Assembly: GCA_964407715.1 (NCBI GenBank)
Contig: CAYOWP010000001.1
Span: forward strand, 16,622 to 80,621
Length of the DNA stretch: 64,000 bases
Source of the DNA: an uncultured archaeon
GTDB taxonomy: Archaea > EX4484-52 > JAADEF01
Reading direction: 5' to 3'
Shown piece after piece: positions 20,168 through 29,754 of the stretch. Numbering within the stretch: position 1 is the stretch's first letter; every line of letters begins with the position of its first letter. Made by a program: the position numbers and the translations under genes. Under the pieces are notes generated by a model. That model had not been told where the DNA came from. It searched no databases and saw only the letters and a program-made list of their open reading frames with translations.

Positions 20168-20513
20168 AATGGCAGAGAAGCAATTTGATAAATTAAAGAA
20201 TCATTATTGTGAATCTTTTATTAAGGATATTGATGATACATTCCTTAGATGCAGGATATTGGGAAAAATTATAGAGATTAAAGATGTCTCTCTTATTATT
20301 GATGATGGTACAGGTATTATTGAGGTTATATTTAATGAGGACATAACCAAGAATCGAACATCTTTTGAGGTTGGTAAAGATGTGTTAATTTTTGGTAAGG
20401 TGATAAATATAGATAATCAATATAAGATATTTGCTGATATAATAAGGGATGTTGATGATTTGAGTTTAAAGCATTATCGTAAGATTGTTAAGATATGGAA
20501 AGACTTTGTTTAA
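20151..20513 (+). CDS. OB-fold nucleic-acid-binding protein (hypothetical)
   Basis: GKIIEIKDVSLIIDDGTGIIEVIF pattern of an anticodon-type OB fold. Confidence 0.4.
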   Translation: MERWCRMAEKQFDKLKNHYCESFIKDIDDTFLRCRILGKIIEIKDVSLIIDDGTGIIEVIFNEDITKNRTSFEVGKDVLIFGKVINIDNQYKIFADIIRDVDDLSLKHYRKIVKIWKDFV

Positions 20514-20544
20514 AATATTAGAAGTGTTTTCTTGGTGTTAGGCT

Positions 20545-21081
20545 ATGAGGATTGCAGTATGTGGATTATCATCTTCAGGGAAATCTACATTGGCAAAAAG
20601 AATAGCAAAAGAATTTAACCTTGAGCTGTATTCCTCTGGTGAAATTTTTAGGGAAATTGCTAAACAGAGAGGCTTGAGGTTGGAGGAATTGAGCAAAGCA
20701 ACCGAGAAGGAAATAGATATAGAAATAGATGAAAAAACAAAAAGAATATGCAAAGAAAAAGATAATTTTGTTATTGAAGGAAGATTACCATGTTTTTTTT
20801 GTAAAGATTCCTTTAAGATATATTTACATGCTCCTTTGAATGTAAGAGTTAGAAGATGTGCCTTAAGGGATGGAATATTGTATGAAGATGCCTTAAAATT
20901 GGTTGAGGAGAGAGATATGAATGATTTGAGAAGATATAAGATTCTGTACGGAATAGATGACTATGACAAAACAATGAAGGAAATTGCTGATTTGGTTATA
21001 GATACTGAGCGCTATTCCATAGAGGAGATGTGCTCTTTAGCGTTTGAAGCTATAAGAGAGCATATCTCATTTAATCCTTAA
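20545..21081 (+). CDS. cmk: archaeal-type cytidylate kinase
   Basis: MRIAVCGLSSSGKSTLAKRIAKEF P-loop and EIFREIAKQRGL, as in archaeal Cmk. Confidence 0.6.
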   Translation: MRIAVCGLSSSGKSTLAKRIAKEFNLELYSSGEIFREIAKQRGLRLEELSKATEKEIDIEIDEKTKRICKEKDNFVIEGRLPCFFCKDSFKIYLHAPLNVRVRRCALRDGILYEDALKLVEERDMNDLRRYKILYGIDDYDKTMKEIADLVIDTERYSIEEMCSLAFEAIREHISFNP

Positions 21082-21622
21082 TTGGCTTAACATGTCTTAA
21101 TGTAGTGATATACCATATCATTATTACTATGAAGGAATTAAGAATTGCTAAAAGGATGTGGTCGTATATTCTATAAAATTGTGCATTTGTCATCATTACC
21201 AATATTAAAGCAAGAGAAATTCTGCAGATGTTTATGAATAAAGCAAGAAAGGGAGAGATAGCAAGCAAGACAATTTTTCTTTTGATGGAGACATTTGGAG
21301 TGGCTAATATTAAAGCAAAGAGAAATGCAAATGTTTTGAAACCTATGCATTCCTTTGTAATTGAGATGTATAACCCTTGGTCGTGCATTTGTAATGTGTT
21401 ACCTAATCTTTCCAAATTGAATATATACGATAGTATAAGAGCTTCATATATCTGGAAATTATAAAAGTCATGCTTATAATAAATCCAAAACATAAAAGAA
21501 AGCGAAGAAAACAGGATTATTGAGAATTTAAATAATGCAAGTAGCTTTTTATTTCTTATGTTGTTAACCTGCAATCCCCTCTTCGCTTTTCTTTTCATCT
21601 TTAACTCCTTCTTGCGTTTCAT
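21071..21622 (-). CDS. exosortase/archaeosortase-family-like membrane protein (putative)
   Basis: Polytopic protein with TKECIGFKTF (C-x-G candidate active site) and a downstream Arg in a TM segment. Short (183 aa). Confidence 0.35.
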   Translation of the reverse strand: MKRKKELKMKRKAKRGLQVNNIRNKKLLALFKFSIILFSSLSFMFWIYYKHDFYNFQIYEALILSYIFNLERLGNTLQMHDQGLYISITKECIGFKTFAFLFALILATPNVSIKRKIVLLAISPFLALFINICRISLALILVMMTNAQFYRIYDHILLAILNSFIVIMIWYITTLRHVKPIKD

Positions 21623-21742
21623 TTACTAAAGACTCTATATCAAGTTTCTCTTCTTTTTTGCTTTTTTTCTTTACTATCACCATAAAATCCCCTATTATCT
21701 TATATGTTTGTGGTTATATATATAATTTAAAGTAAAAATTTT

Positions 21743-22240
21743 GGTTAACAGGAAAAATCCATTTTACAACCACATTGCAGCGTGATAACCTTTTTATTTT
21801 TGGTTATCTGCTTTGCAATGAGCTTTTTAGCAGATCCTGTTTCCTGTTAACCATTTTTGTTTTGGTTAACGGGAAACATACCTTATCGAGAAACCACATT
21901 ACAGCATCTAACCATTCTAAAGAGGTTAGCATGCTGTAATTTGGCTTTGAAAAGCGATCTCTTCCCGTTAACCATTTTTGTTTTGGTTAACAGGAAACAT
22001 ACCTTATCGAGAAACCACATTACAGCAGCTAACCCTTTAAAGCGGTTAGCATGCTGTAATGTGCCTCGGAAAAGTGATTCTCTCCCGTTAACCAATTTTT
22101 ATTATTTTTTAAATTGGTTAACTGGAAACATACCTTTTTCATTTGAGGTATTAGAGCAGCTAACCTTTCACTTGGGTTAGCATGCCGCAAGAGCTTTATG
22201 ATAGCGATTTCTTCCCGTTAACCATTTATCTGCGTTAACC
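21743..22240. repeat. Structured intergenic repeat array, locus F (about 4 units with fully palindromic inner cores)
   Basis: Near-identical units ggttaacgggaaacataccttatcgagaaaccacattacagca(t/g)ctaacc...ggttagcatgctgtaat(t/g)tgg...cttcccgttaacc-atttttgtttt. Creates spurious ORFs 21857-22180(+) and 21883-22095(-). Confidence 0.9.
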
Positions 22241-22325
22241 ATTATCTTTAAAATAAATCAAGAGATTGTTTCAGAGAAGCAGAGATATTGTGGTATCAAA
22301 GAAATTTGTGTAAATATGAAGAGAA

Positions 22326-23270
22326 TCAATACTGTATTTCGCCTTCTTTATGGAGCCTATCAAGAACATTGAACATCATCAATGGAAAGAGGATTGTGGC
22401 ATCTCCTCTAATTGTAATGCTGTCTGCATCACTGCTTATTTTACCCCAGCTCTTACCTTCATTTGTTGTGGCTCCGCTTAAACTTCCAGAGTACTCGCTT
22501 GAAGTTGTGATATATACAGCATAATCAGTTCCGCCATTTATTAATGTAGCAAGAAGAGCATAGTGCTTGCTTACTCCTCCACCTAATGCAATTAGTCCTT
22601 TTTTGTCATCATAAGTTAAATAAGAAATCATCCTACCAAAATCATCTATCACATCCACAATAAAATCTTTATGATCCTGCTTTAACATAAAAAGGTGAAA
22701 GCCAATAGCACCATCTGCAATTGCTGGACAGAAAATGGGCACTTTCTTAAGATATGCCTGCCTAAGTATGCTATTCTTATCATTTAATCTTTTTCCTATT
22801 TCCCATAATAAATCGCAAGTTGCCATATGTTTTCTTTCTTTATAAATTTCCTCTAAAACCCTATGCATGAACCCTTCAAGTTTCATATAGGAATCTGTAG
22901 TAATATAAAGGTTTCCTATTCTATTATATCCCTTTTCATAAAGATCAATATCATCAGCCTCGAAACGCGTAATATAAAATCTTTCACCTATTGCTTTCAT
23001 AATATCTTCTTCTATGCTTCCTGCTGTGGTAACAACCATATCAACAAAACCTAGGGAAATAAGTTGTGCAAAGAAACCTCTCAAACCTGTGGTAACAAGG
23101 TTAGATGGAAAAGACAAGATTATCTTAGCATTTTCTTTTTTCATTTTATACACTATATCAGCGCCCTTTCCAAGATGTATGCTTTGAAATCCTACATTTT
23201 TGAGAGATTCAACAAGAGATGATGCTGAGGAATTAGGAGACCAAAGAACATCTTTAACATAATCAGACAT
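22326..23270 (-). CDS. dys: deoxyhypusine synthase
   Basis: VVTTAGSIEEDIMK motif plus length and the ALGGGVSKHYAL block. Confidence 0.7.
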   Translation of the reverse strand: MSDYVKDVLWSPNSSASSLVESLKNVGFQSIHLGKGADIVYKMKKENAKIILSFPSNLVTTGLRGFFAQLISLGFVDMVVTTAGSIEEDIMKAIGERFYITRFEADDIDLYEKGYNRIGNLYITTDSYMKLEGFMHRVLEEIYKERKHMATCDLLWEIGKRLNDKNSILRQAYLKKVPIFCPAIADGAIGFHLFMLKQDHKDFIVDVIDDFGRMISYLTYDDKKGLIALGGGVSKHYALLATLINGGTDYAVYITTSSEYSGSLSGATTNEGKSWGKISSDADSITIRGDATILFPLMMFNVLDRLHKEGEIQY

Positions 23271-23330
23271 AAAAATAATAAATAGGAAAAAATTTAAAAT
23301 AGTTGATATAAGTATAATTTAATTTAAAAG

Positions 23331-24518
23331 GTGCTTAAAATGATGCGACATTATCAGGATAAAAAGAAAATTGCTTTTCATTTTGTTCTTCTTATGGGTA
23401 TTGTTAGCCTCTTTGGAGATATAACATATGAAGGAGCAAGAAGCATCATAGGCCCTTATCTGGCTATATTAGGTGCAAGCGCTACTGTAGTAGGTTTGGC
23501 ATCAGGTTTAGGGGAATTTGTTGGATATGGATTACGATTAATTTCTGGTTATATTGCAGACAAAACTAAAATGTATTGGCTATTCACCGTTATAGGTTAT
23601 GGATTAATTCTCTCGATACCTTTATTAGCCTTTGCTGGTCATTGGGAGATTGCTGTTCTCCTTATTATCTTAGAACGAATGGGAAAAGCCATAAGAACAC
23701 CTGCCAGAGATGCTATCTTATCACATGTAACAACGCAAATAGGAAGAGGCTTAGGCTTTGGCATTCACGAGGCTTTAGATCAAGTTGGTGCTTTCATTGG
23801 TCCGCTGGTTTTTTCTGTGCTACTTATGTTGGGTGGTGAATACAGGTATGGATTTATTGCCCTGTTGATACCTGCTATTTTGACATTGATTTTTCTTATG
23901 ATAGCAAAAAGTAAAGTACCTTTGCCAGAGAAATTTGAAAGAACTCATAGTACAAAGACCAATAAACTTCCAAAGGTTTTTTGGTTCTACATGTTGTTCA
24001 CTATTCTAAGTGTCATAGGATTTGCTAACTTTCCATTGATTTCATATCATCTTAAGGTTCAATCAATTCTTTCAGATTTCCAGATTCCCATACTCTATGC
24101 GATTGCAATGGGCGTAGATGCTTTAATCGCGGTTTTTATAGGCAGGATATACGATAAGATAGGATTGGCATCTTTGATAACAATACCTCTATTATCTCTT
24201 TTTATTCCTTTCTTTGCTTTTTCTCATAGCTTGACCTTTGCAGTTATAGGAATGATATTATGGGGATCAGCAATGGGCATCCAAGAAACAATAATGCGAG
24301 CAGCCATCGGAGATATAACGCCAATTGCACATAGAGGGTTTGCATACGGTATATTTAACGCGGCATATGGAGCATCTTTATTTGTTGGGAGCACAATTAT
24401 GGGGTTGCTATATGATGTCTCTATAAAGTATATTATTGTTTTTGTAATTTTTATGGAAATGCTCTCCATATTTGTGTTCCTCTCACTTAAATGGCAATAT
24501 AACAAGAGAGCATTTTAA
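23331..24518 (+). CDS. MFS transporter
   Basis: 12 TM segments and a LERMGKAIRTPARDA loop motif. Confidence 0.55.
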   Translation: MLKMMRHYQDKKKIAFHFVLLMGIVSLFGDITYEGARSIIGPYLAILGASATVVGLASGLGEFVGYGLRLISGYIADKTKMYWLFTVIGYGLILSIPLLAFAGHWEIAVLLIILERMGKAIRTPARDAILSHVTTQIGRGLGFGIHEALDQVGAFIGPLVFSVLLMLGGEYRYGFIALLIPAILTLIFLMIAKSKVPLPEKFERTHSTKTNKLPKVFWFYMLFTILSVIGFANFPLISYHLKVQSILSDFQIPILYAIAMGVDALIAVFIGRIYDKIGLASLITIPLLSLFIPFFAFSHSLTFAVIGMILWGSAMGIQETIMRAAIGDITPIAHRGFAYGIFNAAYGASLFVGSTIMGLLYDVSIKYIIVFVIFMEMLSIFVFLSLKWQYNKRAF

Positions 24519-25468
24519 AGTTTTCTTTTTAAAATAACCTGAGTATCTCCCCAACTATAAGCATTAGCAATGAACCCATACTTTTGAAAACCTAATCCTC
24601 TATAAAATCTCAGTGCTCTCTCATTTTTGCTTGATGTTTTTGCAACTACAAAATCCTTATTTTTCTTTTTTGCAAGATATAAAGCATGCTCAACCATGGC
24701 ACTTCCAATACCTCTATTCTGATAATCCCTATGTACAGCTAACCATTCAATCTCGATCTCATGTGCTCTTTCAATCAAACTCATAAAACCAACTTCTTTT
24801 CCTTCATAATAAGCAAAATACATCTCTCCTTTCAATGCTTCTATCTCCTGTTTTGATGGATTATAAAATTTAAAATTTATAGAACCACAGTTCTTATGTA
24901 TTTCAAATGCCTTATTCACATCTCGAGACCTTTTTATTTCTATCTTAGCATGCTTTTTTCTTTTAACTCTCTTAAAATCAAACACATATTCCATTTTAAG
25001 GTTATTTCTCCATCTATTGGAGTATTTTATTTCTCTCTCCTCAAATGCCGAGTATTCAAATCCTACACTTTCATAGCATCTTCTAGCCCTAATATTTTCC
25101 TCATCTACATCCAAGCATACTTTATAAAATCCTTTTTCTTTTGCTATGTTTATAAGTTTTCTAACAATCTCTTTGCATAATCCCTTACCCCAAAATTTCT
25201 TTCTTATCCATAATCCTATTTCTGCATATCTTTCCTTAAATCTTATTTCTCCTATGCCTGCAGGTTCACCATTGTAAAGGATTATTATATTTTTAGATGT
25301 CTTCTCCCTCAACTTTTTTCTGATCCATTCTTTTTCATCTTCTATACTGAACTTTTTATTACACAATTTAGCAAAATTCAAAAGGTGTTCTCTTATTTCT
25401 CTATCATTTATCTCTATCAACCACTCCGCATCTTTTACATGTAAATCGCGAAATGATATCTTTTTCAT
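24515..25468 (-). CDS. tandem GNAT-domain acetyltransferase
   Basis: Two acetyl-CoA binding blocks (RKKFWGKGLCKE and HRDYQNRGIGSAM). Confidence 0.6.
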   Translation of the reverse strand: MKKISFRDLHVKDAEWLIEINDREIREHLLNFAKLCNKKFSIEDEKEWIRKKLREKTSKNIIILYNGEPAGIGEIRFKERYAEIGLWIRKKFWGKGLCKEIVRKLINIAKEKGFYKVCLDVDEENIRARRCYESVGFEYSAFEEREIKYSNRWRNNLKMEYVFDFKRVKRKKHAKIEIKRSRDVNKAFEIHKNCGSINFKFYNPSKQEIEALKGEMYFAYYEGKEVGFMSLIERAHEIEIEWLAVHRDYQNRGIGSAMVEHALYLAKKKNKDFVVAKTSSKNERALRFYRGLGFQKYGFIANAYSWGDTQVILKRKL

Positions 25469-25557
25469 TTTTATACCTCTTCAACTCTTATTCTTTAGGG
25501 TGACATTAACATCCCTACCCCATTAAGCCACCTCATGCGTAGGCTCAGTGACTATCG

Positions 25558-26886
25558 CTATCCCTTCAATAGCCATTTCCATAATGGAACAAATCTTATC
25601 TTCCCGCGTTTCCTCCGCCACTCCACTTCGCGAGTATCCTCATAATCCCATGTTATCACTGTTAGAGGTACATTATCACCAAGCTTTAGTTCTTCTTTAG
25701 CATGTAATAAAGCGCGTATCTCTCTTTCAGGTATTTCCTCATAGGAATTTGCATAGCATACCTGCATCAATTCCTTTATTTTCATACCTTCCTTAATCAA
25801 GAAATCTACCTCATAACCTTCGCGTGTTTCGTAAAAATAATATTCATAGAAAGGATGATTGTTTTGCTGTCTAAGTAACTCAACAAATACCAAATTTTCC
25901 ATTATTCTTTCTTTGCTTAGTTCAAAATTAAAGTAATGTGATAGTCCTAAATCAACAACATAAATCTTCTTTGGCCAATTCTTTCTGATATATATTTTCT
26001 GAGAATATCTCTCTAAAAAGAAAATACATAATGTATCTTCTATGAGTGATAAATACTCATATAATGTTTTTTTGGATAATGGAACTTTTGATTTCAAATA
26101 AGATTCCACTTTTGAGATGCTCAATTTTGTTGAATAATTCTGAAAACAAAACTCAAAAAGAAATCTGCTGAGATCTACACTTTTAATTTTATGTCTTTCA
26201 ATAAAATCCTTTAAGAAAATCTCATCAAGGTATGTCTTCAAAATTTTTTTCTTTATTTCTTCTTGATTAGAAATCACAACTTCTGGATATCCACCATATT
26301 TTATGTATTCTTCTAAAAGTTCAAGTATAGATAACTTTTCTGATAAAGATAAAAAAGGAAACTTCTCTAATAATGATTGATCTTTATATTTTATGAATTC
26401 TCTAAAACTAAAAGGCAAAAGAAAGTACCATAAAGATCTTCCTCTCAATTGAGTTGCAATTTCTTTGCTTGAAAGTTTAGAAGATGAGCCAGTAATCACA
26501 ATGTTATACTCCCTATCAATTAAACTTCTTAAAACAGACTCCCAATCCTTAATCTCTTGAATTTCATCTAATAAGAGTAAAGAAGGCTCCTTTCCTTTAA
26601 TTTTTTTAAAAAGAAAGATTATCTCAATTAAGTCCTTAAAACTTATGTTTTTTAAAAACACTTCTTCAAAATTCAAATACAATACTTCTTTATCTTTGTA
26701 TTTATTTAGAAGATAAATCATATAAAAGGTTTTCCCTGCCCTTCTTGGACCAAGCAAAGAAATTATTTTATGTGGTATAATTTTTATATTAAGTTCTCTT
26801 AATACACCTTCAAATTTTCTTTCTTTTTTTAAATACTCCACGATAATTTCCTTATCTATCATAATATCATATAATGATATTTTCAT
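25558..26886 (-). CDS. AAA-family ATPase (DUF4143-type, archaeal ATPase)
   Basis: Walker A LLGPRRAGKTF and Walker B LLLLDEIQ. Confidence 0.6.
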   Translation of the reverse strand: MKISLYDIMIDKEIIVEYLKKERKFEGVLRELNIKIIPHKIISLLGPRRAGKTFYMIYLLNKYKDKEVLYLNFEEVFLKNISFKDLIEIIFLFKKIKGKEPSLLLLDEIQEIKDWESVLRSLIDREYNIVITGSSSKLSSKEIATQLRGRSLWYFLLPFSFREFIKYKDQSLLEKFPFLSLSEKLSILELLEEYIKYGGYPEVVISNQEEIKKKILKTYLDEIFLKDFIERHKIKSVDLSRFLFEFCFQNYSTKLSISKVESYLKSKVPLSKKTLYEYLSLIEDTLCIFFLERYSQKIYIRKNWPKKIYVVDLGLSHYFNFELSKERIMENLVFVELLRQQNNHPFYEYYFYETREGYEVDFLIKEGMKIKELMQVCYANSYEEIPEREIRALLHAKEELKLGDNVPLTVITWDYEDTREVEWRRKRGKIRFVPLWKWLLKG

Positions 26887-26939
26887 TTTAAAAAGTTTCT
26901 TGAGGAAACTATTTTCATAAATTTTAGTTCCCTAAGGGG

Positions 26940-27878
26940 TCAAAAATTTTTACTTTTATGTAATTCAGAAATTTTTTGCAAATATTTCTTTATCTCTCTT
27001 TTATCTTCATAAAATGTAATAGCAAAATATTTATTATCATCCTTTTTTCTAATATAAAATTCTTCATGCTCTTTCTGGAGGAGAAGAGGAGCATTATATC
27101 CTAAGAATAGACTATCCACTAACCAGTTATCAGTTGCTTCATTAGGTTGTGGAGAAAGTTTAATATAAATCTTTGAAAGATTTTCAGCTATGTTTTTTAC
27201 TCCTACAGATTGAACAAATCTCTTTGCAGTACAATAAGCCTTTTCTAATTCTTTTTTATTTTCATGAAGCTTGTAAAAATGATATCTAAGCAATTCTAAA
27301 TGTTCTGGAAACTTTTCTGGTTCAGCACGACAAAGTCCAAGGAAAGCCAATGGTGCAAGAGAAAACTCGAATTTTGAGCTATTAACAAGATCTCGAAGAT
27401 AATCTGCTACTCTATACCCCGAAGACATTTCCGATATAATATATAATCCAATAGGGAACAATTCTTTATCTTTTTCTTCTTTAATAGTATCACAAGTGAT
27501 ACTTTCAACTATAGCGGGAATAGTTTCAACAGCTTTGACTTCAAGAACTAAAAATAACAGGTACTTTAAAATTTTCTTGGAAAATTTTTCTTCTGGAATG
27601 TTGAGAATAGCAATTTTCAGTCCTTCTCTGAATTTTTTCTTTCCTCTATATGACAGCGATTCATAAATACTCTTTAAAATTTCTATCATATCTTCATATT
27701 TCTGACTTAAGATATATCTTTGTTGAGATGTTCTTAATTCTGTTACCAGCCATTTACTAATTTCTTTGCTATTCATATTTTCTATCTTCTTTTTTTCTTC
27801 TTTAATGATAATATAATCATATATATCCTTAAGCATGCTATTTTGTTTTTTACCTTCAATTTTTTCTTTAAATTCCAT
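26940..27878 (-). CDS. hypothetical protein (312 aa)
   Basis: ORF only. Confidence 0.4.
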   Translation of the reverse strand: MEFKEKIEGKKQNSMLKDIYDYIIIKEEKKKIENMNSKEISKWLVTELRTSQQRYILSQKYEDMIEILKSIYESLSYRGKKKFREGLKIAILNIPEEKFSKKILKYLLFLVLEVKAVETIPAIVESITCDTIKEEKDKELFPIGLYIISEMSSGYRVADYLRDLVNSSKFEFSLAPLAFLGLCRAEPEKFPEHLELLRYHFYKLHENKKELEKAYCTAKRFVQSVGVKNIAENLSKIYIKLSPQPNEATDNWLVDSLFLGYNAPLLLQKEHEEFYIRKKDDNKYFAITFYEDKREIKKYLQKISELHKSKNF

Positions 27879-27970
27879 TTTGTTCTCCCTCCTATCTTCA
27901 TATTAACAAGTTTTTGATATACTGGAAAACCGTTAAATATATATATAAGTTTGAACTATAATATATTTTA

Positions 27971-28029
27971 CTCTTGGTTCATTTAGAACCAAGAGGGTTC
28001 CCCTAGGAAGGTCCTTTATAGGACCTTCC
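27971..28029. promoter_or_regulatory. pair of GC-rich perfect palindromes in a divergent promoter region
   Basis: CTCTTGGTTC-ATTTA-GAACCAAGAG (27971-27995) and GGAAGGTCC-TTTATA-GGACCTTCC (28006-28029). Confidence 0.5.
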
Positions 28030-28032
28030 TTT

Positions 28033-29142
28033 ATGCTCTTTCTATTATACAATAATTTTAAAATTTTTAGTCTTATATTTGACTATATGAAAAAATTTAA
28101 GAGATGTGTACTTTATGAGAAATTGGAAAATAAGAAAGTGAGATGTTTCGCATGTAGGCATAGATGTGTAATCAATGAGAATCACACAGGTATTTGTGGT
28201 GTAAGAGCGAATTTTTCTGGTGATCTCTATCTCATAGTGCATTCTAAACCTTCAGCATATCACATAGATCCCATAGAGAAAAAACCTTTCTATCACTTTC
28301 TACCATCAGAACAAGCATTATCCTTAGGTACAGTAGGATGTAATTTTAGATGTGCATGGTGTCAAAATCATGATTTGAGCCAAGGAATTAAGGAATACTC
28401 TATGTTTAATGCAGAAAAGGCAGTGAAATTTTTAGAGCACAATTCATTTGAAGGTTTAGAACCAGAGAGGATTGTTGAAGATGCTATTAATTTTGGAGTG
28501 AAAATAATAGCATATACATATAATGAGCCTACGATATGGATGGAGTATGCGATAGATATTGCGAAACTTGCGAAAAAGGAAGGTATAAAAAATGTATTTG
28601 TTTCATCAGGATATGAGAGCGAGGAAGGATTAAAGTTTATCTCGCGCTACATAGATGCCTTTAACATTGATCTCAAGGCATTTAGAGATGAAACCTACAG
28701 GAAATACATAGGAGCAACATTAGATGGTGTGTTAAAAACCATAAAGGAGATAAAGAAAAAAGGAAAATGGTTGGAGATAACAACACTTTTGATACCTGAT
28801 ATAAATGATAGCATTGAGGAAATAGAGGAGATAGCAGATTTTATATGTTCAATAGATAAAGATATTCCTTGGCATATATCAAGATTTTTTCCACATTATA
28901 AGATAACAAACAAACCTCCAACACCAATATCTAAATTAGTAAAAGCAAGAGAAATAGGAATAGAACATGGTTTAAGACATGTGTATTTGGGCAATATTAT
29001 CGATAAAAAATATGAGAGCACATACTGCCCAGAATGCAAGAATATAGTAATAGAGAGAGAGGGATATTTTGTAAAGAACTACCTTGATGAAAACGGAAAA
29101 TGCCCTTATTGTGGTTATAAAATAAAAGGAGTTTGGAAATAA
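28033..29142 (+). CDS. AmmeMemoRadiSam-system radical SAM enzyme
   Basis: N-terminal Cys cluster CFACRHRC...GICGVR and radical SAM CNFRCAWCQN. The likely true start is the internal MKKFKRC. Confidence 0.7.
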   Translation: MLFLLYNNFKIFSLIFDYMKKFKRCVLYEKLENKKVRCFACRHRCVINENHTGICGVRANFSGDLYLIVHSKPSAYHIDPIEKKPFYHFLPSEQALSLGTVGCNFRCAWCQNHDLSQGIKEYSMFNAEKAVKFLEHNSFEGLEPERIVEDAINFGVKIIAYTYNEPTIWMEYAIDIAKLAKKEGIKNVFVSSGYESEEGLKFISRYIDAFNIDLKAFRDETYRKYIGATLDGVLKTIKEIKKKGKWLEITTLLIPDINDSIEEIEEIADFICSIDKDIPWHISRFFPHYKITNKPPTPISKLVKAREIGIEHGLRHVYLGNIIDKKYESTYCPECKNIVIEREGYFVKNYLDENGKCPYCGYKIKGVWK

Positions 29143-29149
29143 AAATCTC

Positions 29150-29551
29150 CTATCTTTTTACTTCCTTTACCACATATATATCTCCTTTTTCATCTCTAGC
29201 ACCAACTCCAATCGTATCAAGACCGTCTATCACTGGAATATCTTGAAATACCTTTCTAAGAGAAAAGCTACCTGCTGCACATCCAAGAGAGACAATAGCA
29301 TCAATATCTCCTTCTAAGTTTATTTGCTTTTTTATCATATCTATATCGCACATTATTGGAATAACATTTTTGTATGCTATATTAAAACCCTCTTTCTTTA
29401 AAGCCTCACTAACCTCTTCTAATCCTTTATCTCCACCAGTACCACATATCCTTGCACAAGCGTTACATGCGATTACAGCAATTCTTTTGGCATTTATTTC
29501 CTCTAATTGTGCCTTTATTACGCCGAGAGGTTTTCTGTCGGTTACTATCAT
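29150..29551 (-). CDS. hypothetical Cys-containing protein (133 aa)
   Basis: CNACARICGTGG and LGCAAGS motifs, not assigned. Confidence 0.4.
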   Translation of the reverse strand: MIVTDRKPLGVIKAQLEEINAKRIAVIACNACARICGTGGDKGLEEVSEALKKEGFNIAYKNVIPIMCDIDMIKKQINLEGDIDAIVSLGCAAGSFSLRKVFQDIPVIDGLDTIGVGARDEKGDIYVVKEVKR

Positions 29552-29619
29552 AATCTCACCTCACATAATTATTATAAAATCTTAAAATTATATATAATTT
29601 AATTTTGTTTTTATAGGGT

Positions 29620-29754
29620 GAGCATTGTCCAATAATGTGTTTTGAGAAATTTTGTTAACGGGAAACATAGCTATATTTAAAGGATTAAACTGCTATAAGT
29701 GTTATTTGCGCGTTAAGTTTCCACTTAACAAATGGAGGATTATTGGACAATGCC
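29620..29754. repeat. Complete small module 2 element with about 60-nt TIRs, locus G
   Basis: gagcattgtccaataat...ttgttaacgggaaacatagc...ctataagtgttatttgcgcgttaagtttccacttaacaa...attattggacaatgcc. Overlaps the annotated 5' end of the next ORF. Confidence 0.85.

Noticed and set aside
21857-22180. 107-aa ORF (and the 70-aa antisense ORF 21883-22095) as protein-coding genes
   Set aside because: They are composed entirely of tandem repeat units, with internally repeated peptide and no start context. They are an artefact of the repeat.
21743-22240. CRISPR array, suggested by regularly spaced repeats of about 130 nt
   Set aside because: The would-be spacers are themselves repeated between units and loci. 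The units have internal dyad symmetry and variable length. There is no constant short direct repeat with unique spacers and no cas genes.
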